A stretch of 64,000 bases of DNA from Octopus vulgaris (Eukaryota), in contig OX597815.1 of assembly GCA_951406725.2 (NCBI GenBank), positions 23,188,001-23,252,000 on the forward strand. The letters run 5' to 3'. This document shows, one piece after another, positions 55,830 through 64,000 of the stretch. The notes beneath the pieces are model-generated. The model was not told where the DNA came from. It saw only the letters and a program-made list of their open reading frames with translations, and made no database searches. Every line of letters starts with the position of its first letter. Within the stretch, counting starts at the first letter, position 1. Made by a program: the position numbers and the translations under genes.

Positions 55830-58570
55830 TCTCAGGGAGTAGTGTCCCTGCCTTCCTGAGCTAGTTTTCCTCCACATTTCTTAAAAATCATGGTAGAGGT
55901 CTTGGTTTCGAGACCACTCATGTCTAGAAACTGAGGTTGGGGGTAAGCAATGGCATGCTCCCTGTAGAAAATCCAGCTCCAGGAAAGTCTCATGATAGCA
56001 AAGGAGAATGGGCACCAGCCAGCCAGCCCAAAGGTTGGGGTGGGCTGCACCTGCCTACCTCAAAAAGGAAGATGCAAATTGTCATCTGGGTTGCGCAAGC
56101 ATGACTTGCCGTATGATGGCTGAAGGCCTGAGGAAAAGCTTGGGGTGAGGTTGGGAAGCTGGAATGTGGCAGTCTGCGAGAAAGGGCAACTGTGGTATGT
56201 GAGAAGTTGAGGAGGAGGAGGGTGGATGTGTGTTGTGTGGAGGGGCCAGGGTGCAAGATTTGTGGGGGTCAAAGGAAAAAGGTACAAGTTATGGTGGTCA
56301 GGGAAATAGCAAACGGACTGGAGATGTGGGAAATCTTGGTGAAAGAAGAAATCTGTGAGAAGGTGGTGGAGGTCAGGAGAAAGAGTGACAGAGTAATGAC
56401 AGTAGTGTTAGCATTTGAGGAAGAAGTGGTGAGGGTGATTTGTGGGTATGGTCTGCAAAGTGGAAGAAGGATCGCTGAGAAAGAGCTGTTCTTTGATGAA
56501 ATGGCAAATGAGTGGGACTTACATAAGGTGGATGAATTGGTTTTTGGTGTGGGGACTTTAATGGACATGTTGGGAAATAGATCCATGGCTTTGAGGGTGT
56601 GCATGGGGAAAATGGAATTGGGGAGAGAAATGTAGAAGGAAAGATGCTGTTGAAGTTTTGTGATAAGAAAGAGCTGTGTGTGGTGAACATGTGGTTTAGG
56701 AAAACAGAGAAAAAGAAGGCAACTTTCAGTGCAGGAGGGAATGAGACAGAGATTGACTCCGTGTTGGTTTGCAGGAAAAACAGAAAGTATCAGAGAGATG
56801 TGAAGACAATACCAGGAGAGTTGCAGCATAAGTTGGTGGTTGCTGACTTGGATAAGAGGAAAGTTAAAAAAGTGTATGAGAAAGAGAATGGTTAAGAGGA
56901 GAAAGGTGTGGAAACTGAAGTAAGAAGAAACAAGAGCAAGGTTTGAGGAGAGAGTTGAGGAGTTGGTAAGCATTGACGCACTGGATTTGTGAATGTCTTT
57001 TAAAGAAGGGGTATTAAAGGTATGTGACAAAGTGTATGGAAGGACGAGAAGTAGGAGAGATCAAGATATGTGGTGGTGGAATGAGGAGGTGAGGGATGTG
57101 ATAGCGAGGAAAAAGGAGATGCATAAAGCTTTGTGTTATAATAGGACTGAGCAAATGAAAGCCAGGTATAATAACATGAAGAATCATTCAAAGAGGGTGG
57201 TTGCAAGATCTGTGAGGAAGGAGGCTGAGGAGAGGTTGAGCGGACTGGATGAGAACCCAGAGAGTGTGTCTAGGTTTATTAAATCAATGAAAAATGATGG
57301 AAGGGATGTTGAGGGAGGGTGTGCTGGATGGAAGAGGAATGCCGGATGATTGGGCACTAAATGTGGTGGTATTGATCTTTAAGGGGTAGGAGGATGCGAT
57401 GTATAGGGGAGTAAAGTTATTGGAGCATGCAATGAAGGTAGCAGAAAGGGTGTTGGAGAGGAGAATTCGGAAATGGGCGGATGTGGATGAGATGCAATTT
57501 GGTTTTATACCAGGCAGGGGGACAATAGATGCGGCGTTCATTGTAAGGAGATTGCAAGAGGAATACCGAGATAGGAGAAGGAGGTGCACGTATGCTTCAT
57601 TGATCTGGAGAAGGCATTTGATAGGGTTCCAAAGGAGGTGATTGAGTGGGTATTGAGGAAGAGAGGTGTACTAGAAGTAATAGTGAGAGCAGTGATGAGT
57701 TTGTATGAGGGGGTAAAGATCAGAGCTGTCAGAGGAGTTTGCGGTGGAAGTTGGTCTGCATCAGGGATCTGTTTTGTCACCGTTGTTGTTTGCAATAGTG
57801 GTTGATGTGGTGACGGAGAGTGCAAGAGAGGGATTGATAATGGAGATACTGTTTGCGGATGACCTTGTTCTCATGAGTGAGACGATGGAGGGATTGAGGG
57901 AGAAGTTTTGGAAATGGAAGGAGGTGTTTGAAAGCAAGGGTTTGAAGGTAAACCTCAGGAAGACAAAGGTGATGGTGAGCAGAGTGGAAGGAGAAGTATT
58001 AGTGAGTAAGGTGGATTCATGTGGTGTATGTGGAAGGAAGGTAATGGCAAATGTCGTGTTGTGTATGAGATGTGAGAAATGGATTCATGGTAGATGTACG
58101 AAAATGAAGAAGGTGATCCCAAGACTGGTGAGGGAGTTTCTTTGTGGAAGATGTGAGAAAGAAGCTGGTGGGGCTGGCGGAACTAGTGGAAATGCTGTGA
58201 CGAGGTGGAAACAGTGAGAGGGTTTTGTTATTTGGGAGATAGGGTGAATGTGAAGCAGTTGTGACAGCAAGAGCGAGACTTGTCTGAGTGAAGTTTAGGG
58301 AATGTGGAGCGTTATATGGGAAAAGGTTCTCATTAAAGGTGAAAGGAAGGGTCTATAAGAGAGCTGCAATGCTGTGGGAGTGAGACATGGTGCCTGAGTG
58401 GGAGAGAGATGGTAATTTTAAGGACAGAGAGCAATGGTGAGAGAGATATGTGGGGTGAAGCTTTTTGATAAGAGGAGGACTGAGGATTTGATAGGAATTC
58501 TGGGGTTGGAGGAATCGGTGGAATGGTTGGCAAGGGCAAATGGAGTGAGGTGGTATGAGAATGTGGTTAC
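55830..58570 (+). mobile_element. Degenerate near-full-length RTE-clade LINE (APE endonuclease, RT, PHD-like finger)
   Basis: Frameshifted pieces: [131 protein letters not shown]. Boundaries approximate. Confidence 0.92.
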
Positions 58571-60479
58571 AAGTGAGCACAGGTATTCTCTTTGCCTTAT
58601 CCTTGACACAGCATGGTATCAAAGGATGTGACAGCTGGAGAAGAGTGTGTGTCTCTGTACACACATACACATGCACGCACACATGCACGTGCACACACAC
58701 ACACACATGCACACACACACACACACACTGTTTCTGTCTATTTAATTCACTCACAAAGTATTGGTTGGCTTGTAATGTAGAAGATGCCACCCCAAGGTGC
58801 TGTGCACTGGGACTGAACCTGGAACTAATCAGTTGTGAAGCGAATCTTTTAACTGCACAGCCATGCCTGTGCATATTCAATGCTGACATGGGTTCGATGG
58901 GTAGTCATAGTTCAAGTTAGTACTTATTTGAAGTTACTTTCCTGGAGGGGTTGGAGGTCCACATTTCACTTGTATGTTCCATTTTCAGCATGCATACCCT
59001 ATCTAAGACCAACAAGATGTCCAGTCCAAAACTGACCACTTTACAGAATGTGCTTGCTACATTTTATTGATCCCAACTTTTAAGAGGTTGCTGTGCCCTT
59101 TGCAGGATTAAAGGACTCTCTTGATCTTTTTTTCTCTTTGCTTATTTGCCATCCACTTTAGGGTGTACTGGGTACATTTTATCCTGGTACTAGAGAGCAA
59201 TGACAGAAGAACCAGAATGAATAGGTGAAGAGAATGTTCATGCGAATGGAAAAATAGTGTAATTAGGGTGAGAGGATGGTAGAGGAAGGAGTACTGGGAG
59301 AGTGAGAGTGCTGGGAAGAGGAATGATAGTAAAGACAATAATGGTAGTGAGTAATTAGACAGTGATGACGGTGCCATGTTTGCTGGTGTGTGTATACACC
59401 AAAGTTATACAAAACCCATTTATTATGTAGAGACAGTCACACTCACACAATTACACTTAGATTTGTACTGGGAAGCCTATGTACATGTATATACACATAA
59501 ACACATACCTTCTCTCTTTCTCATTGTGTCTCGCTTACAACTCATACAGTTGAAGTTACCAAATGCTACCTGCTTTGTAACAAGCTTTACATGGAATTTT
59601 CTGCTTAGCTGAACTCAAATGGAAACTATTAATTGGTTACCACAACATTCCTATAAAAACGCACTCTTACCTTTAACCTGATATTAGTGGTGCAAAAAGA
59701 AAAAAATGTAAGGTATTCCATGTGTGTGTTTGTGTAGGTGTAGCATGGCCAAATGGTTAAACATTTGCTTCACAATTTTCAAGTGTTGGTTTCAATTCCA
59801 CTGTATGACATCTTGGGCAGTCCCAAGGCTATTTTCTATAGTTTTGGGTTGATCCATATTTTGTAAGTAAAATTGGGTAGATGAAAACTGTAGACCATCA
59901 GATTGGATTATACCTGTAATTTAAAGATCCAACCTTGTCATATTTTGTTATACTGGTTCTACTGCTAAATGACATTAAAGGTATTCATGTCTGTGGAATA
60001 CTCAGCTACTTGCATGCTAATTCAATCTTGTAATTTGCTTAGCAAAACAACTGAACACTTGTGGTTGGAAATTTTGACTGTGATCCATTTTATATTTTTG
60101 AGGTCATTGCCAGTGCCGCTGGACTGACTCCTGTGCAGGTGGCACATAAAAAACACCATTTCGAGTGTGGCCGTTGCCAGTACTGCCAGACTGGCCCTCA
60201 TGCCGGTGGCACATAAAAGCACCCACTACACTCTCAGAGTGGTTGGCATTAGGAAGGGCATCCAGCTGTAGAAACTCTGCCAGATCAGATTGGAGCCTGG
60301 TACAGCCATCTGGTTTGCCAGTCCTCGGTCAAATCGTCCAACCCATGCTAGCATGGAAAGCGGATGTTAAAGGATGATATACATCAAAATGGATCAAAGG
60401 CCCTTTCCAAGTCATAGGCTTATAAAGCCAGTTTCCTAGATCTACTGAGGGCTACGGATGAAATCTGTGGTTGGTGCAG

Positions 60480-62150
60480 AATCCCAGCTAGATCAAGGAT
60501 GACATGGTGGTGGAGCAAGGAGGTTGACAGTGGTATAAAAGCAAAGACAGGCCTGAAAAGACTGGAAAAATGGTGGAAGTAGAGAATTATATCAAGTAGG
60601 CAAATGGGCAGCTAGGCATTTGGTATATATAGCAAAAGAAGTGGCTGATAAAAAGAGATTTGCAAATGTTCTACAGTGTGAAGTGTTCAGGATTGCAAAG
60701 AGTGTATCAAAGAGAACTGAGATGTGGTAGGTGAGAAATGTGTGCAAATGGATAATGGTATGCTTGCACTTAGTGACTCAGAAAAGAAAGATGCATGAAA
60801 GTGTCACTATGAAGAGTTACTAAATGTGGAAAATGAATAGGAGAAGGAGAGTCTACCAAATACCAAACCAGCCATTAGAGTTGATAGCAGTCATAATAGA
60901 TAAGGCAATTAAGGACATGAAGACAAAGAAAGCCCCTGGGCCATCAGGAATCACTGCTGAGATGATTAAAATTTCTGGTGGTGTAGGATACAGCTTAGTC
61001 ACCCATATAGTTAATCAGGTTATTCAGGAAGGCACCATCCCCAATGACTGGTGTAGTAGTATTATAGTTAGCTGCTACAAGGGTAAAAGTGATGCCTTAG
61101 ATAGAAACAACTACAGAGGTATTAAATTACTAGACCAAGTCATGAAAGTTACTGAGAGGGTTATAGCTCAATTGATTAGAAACAGAATTGAACTAGATGA
61201 GATGCAGTTTAGTTTTGTACCTGGGAAGAGTACCACAGATGCTATCTACCTAGTAAGATAGCTGCAGGAAAAGTACTTGGCCAAAAGTAAGCCTTTGTTG
61301 ATCTAGAGAAAGCTTTCGACAGATTTCCCTGATCTAGTATATGGTGGTCTCTAAGGAAGTTGGAAGAAGAGGAGTGGCTTGTTAGAGCTGTACAAGCCAT
61401 GTAAATTGGTGCTGTCAGTAAGGTGAGAGTTGGCTATGAATACAGTGATGAATTTAGTGTACAGGTAGGGGTTTACCAGGGTTCAGTTCTCGCCCACACT
61501 TATTCATTATAGCCCTCCAGGCCATAACAGAGGAATTCAAAACTGGGTACCCGTGAGAACTGCTATATACCGATGACCTTGCTCTTATTGCAGAATCTTT
61601 AGCAGAATTGGAGAAGAGATTCTAGGCATGGAAACAACCTGGAATGAAAGGGCCTTAAAGTTAACCTAGCAAAGACCAAAGTTGTTAGTAAGAAAGAAGA
61701 TAAAACTCTTTTTCCATCAGGTAAATGACCCTGCTCAATATGTAGGAAAGGAGTTGGAAGAAATTCCATTTGCTGTACCCAGTGTAAACTATGGACACAT
61801 AAGAGATGCAGTGGTATCACAGGTAGATTAACAGATAAAGTTGTCTTTGTATGTGGAAGATTTGCAGAAACAATAAGCACTAAGAGCACACGGGACTTAG
61901 ATTATCTCAAATGCCCAGGAGGCTCTCTTGTGGTTGTAGATAGGTTCTGTTACCTAGGTGACCAAATTAGCAATGGTGGTGGATATTCTGAAAGTATTGT
62001 TTCTAGAATGGAGGAAGTTCAGAGAGCTACTGCCTCTGTTGGCTGCAAAAGGACTCTCCCTCAGAATTAAAGGTAGACTATATGATGCTTATGTGTGAAC
62101 AGCTATACACCATGAAACATAGGCTTTGAATGCGGAAGACCTGTGTTGAA
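60480..62150 (+). mobile_element. Degenerate 5'-truncated RTE-clade LINE (RT plus PHD-like finger)
   Basis: [83 protein letters not shown]; many stops and frameshifts. Confidence 0.9.
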
Positions 62151-62880
62151 AAGTAGCTGTAAAATCTTGTCTGACTATGTATTATCTCATCATCATCATT
62201 TTTATGTCAGATTTTCATGCTGGCATGGATTGAATAGTTGTCACATTCCAAGCCATTTCCTATTCATAGTTACTAATCTCTTAAATGAATAGGAAAACAG
62301 CATCTCATTCGTACATTCCATTTTTTTGGTTTAGTGTTTATGATAAAATGCTCTTCTTAATACCGACTACTTTACAGAGTGTACTGGGGGGGAGGGATTT
62401 TATTTTGGCACCAACACCATAGACATTGGCATTTCACTATCTCTATTCATTTGTAATTCAATTTACTGAGTATTGCTGAGGGTATTTTATGGCACCAGCA
62501 CTGGTGAGGTTGCCTCAAGTTCTGCAAACCTAAAGAGTTTTCACTGCACTATGATATTTTTGTTAATTTAGGGTAATGTGACCAAGATGGTGAGTAAAGA
62601 GAGAGAGGGCAATGGCTGGGAAAGAATTAGGGTGAGTGGATGAAGGGAATACCATGGGAGTATGATGAGAATGATTAGGGTGAGAGGGTGGTAGAGATGG
62701 TAGTAATGAAAGAGAGATAGCTACATATTTGCTTGAGAGAGAGAGAGAGAGAAGTAATAGAGATGGGTGGTGGTAAGAGAGAATGAGAGATGACAATAAT
62801 AAGTGGCTTTGAGGAAAGGGAATGGTGGCAGGCGGCACGGAAAGGATGATGATAAATTATGCTGGATGCAAACCTGATGC

Positions 62881-63248
62881 TTGACTTGACTTGACAGCAT
62901 TCACCCGGGGTGGGTTGAGCTGGCTTCATTCATCCTCAATGCTGCATCTCTCACAAACGCCGACCAGGCCTGGCGATTTGAGGCTAACGACCGCGTGATC
63001 CCCAACCACTCCTTATTCCAGTGGCAAACACCGTAGATATGGGGGCCTAGGTTGGGTTCCAGATAAGCCTTGACTGTCATCAGCCAGGTTTTTCGTTGTC
63101 CACCACATCACTTTCGCCAACCCTGAAGGGGGGCCGGGGCAGTTGCTTCGTAGATGAATTCTCCTGGTTGACGACGGAGGGCATGACCCAGCCAACGCAG
63201 ACATCTCGTTAGGATGACTTGTCAGAGGGAGGTGATTCTGCACTGGTA
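62881..63248 (-). mobile_element. 3' fragment of an RTE (SR2-like) LINE with a (CAAGT)n tail
   Basis: Minus strand LRWLGHALRR..GGQRKTWLMTVK..LASNRQAWSAFVRD; flanking direct repeat ctgatgc at 62874 and 63249. Confidence 0.8.
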
Positions 63249-64000
63249 CTGATGCAGTCCTTCTTATATAGGCATCATGATGGAGAGAGAGGTATAGTGC
63301 TCAAGATGGTGATAAGGTCAAAATGGAATGCAGATAAGTTCAATGACATCCTTCGTTACACTGGTGACGTGGTACAGTGAATTGAGGAATAGGTGAGGGA
63401 AGAGAGGATGAGTGTCAGAGAGATGAAGGGGGTATCGGATAGATCCAGTGTAATCCCTGGTTATGTGGAATGGTGAATATGAGAGATCCACTGCTATTCC
63501 TAATTACATGAGCAGCATGTTACAGTAAATAGAAGAAAGGGTAAATGATAGGAAGGTGAGAATATGAAAGAGGCAGAGAAAGCAGATGGAAACCTAACTG
63601 GGATGTAATGAGCTAAAGACTCAAATACATTATATTTCCCAGCCTCCACAGTACCTCCATTTTAATGCTCATTCTGGCATGCTCGTATGGGTGGGTCAAC
63701 TAGGATAGCTTTTCCCTCTGTTGGGTCCACATTGAGAAGACCCTCTTTCTCCCGGACATTTTCCATGTTTAATAACCTTTCATAGCAGCACTTTGGTCTT
63801 TTCAGAATCATTAAGTACTAGTTTACCATTAACCCATTCTCACCCACAACATCTTTATTTTCTCTGAAACATTCTTTTGCAGTCCAGAACATCTCATTCC
63901 TCTGATCTTCATGCAATAGAACATTGGCAAAATTTCCTTTTTGCTTCTCGACTTCTAAATATACTTGCTATCCAACTAAATATACTTGCTATCCTCTAGC

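Overview
Eukaryotic, very AT-rich, microsatellite- and retroelement-dense genomic DNA. The repeat families suggest a cephalopod, most likely an octopus; this is inferred from recognition, not from a search. The window holds one complete 8-exon gene for the mitochondrial tRNA-modification GTPase GTPBP3/MnmE (26463-42464, +, 1635 nt spliced CDS, 544 aa, all introns GT-AG and phase-consistent). It also holds the first coding exon of the deneddylase SENP8/NEDP1 (52194-52312, +) and a weaker candidate last exon of an upstream gene (5962-6065). The rest is transposon debris: RTE LINEs with a PHD-like finger and many 5'-truncated RTE 3'UTR copies, three SINE families, CR1, HERO, a Penelope-like (PLE) RT remnant, an irritans-type mariner, a maT fragment, two non-autonomous Helitrons and a solo LTR. 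Most long ORFs in the supplied track are microsatellite artefacts. The most unusual signal is a set of eight long fold-back palindromes or inverted repeats, most next to (TA)n tracts. In three of them, and more loosely in a fourth, the symmetry centre falls on a decayed hammerhead-ribozyme core. This suggests PLE terminal repeats whose inversion is nucleated at the ribozyme. No fully intact hammerhead was found.
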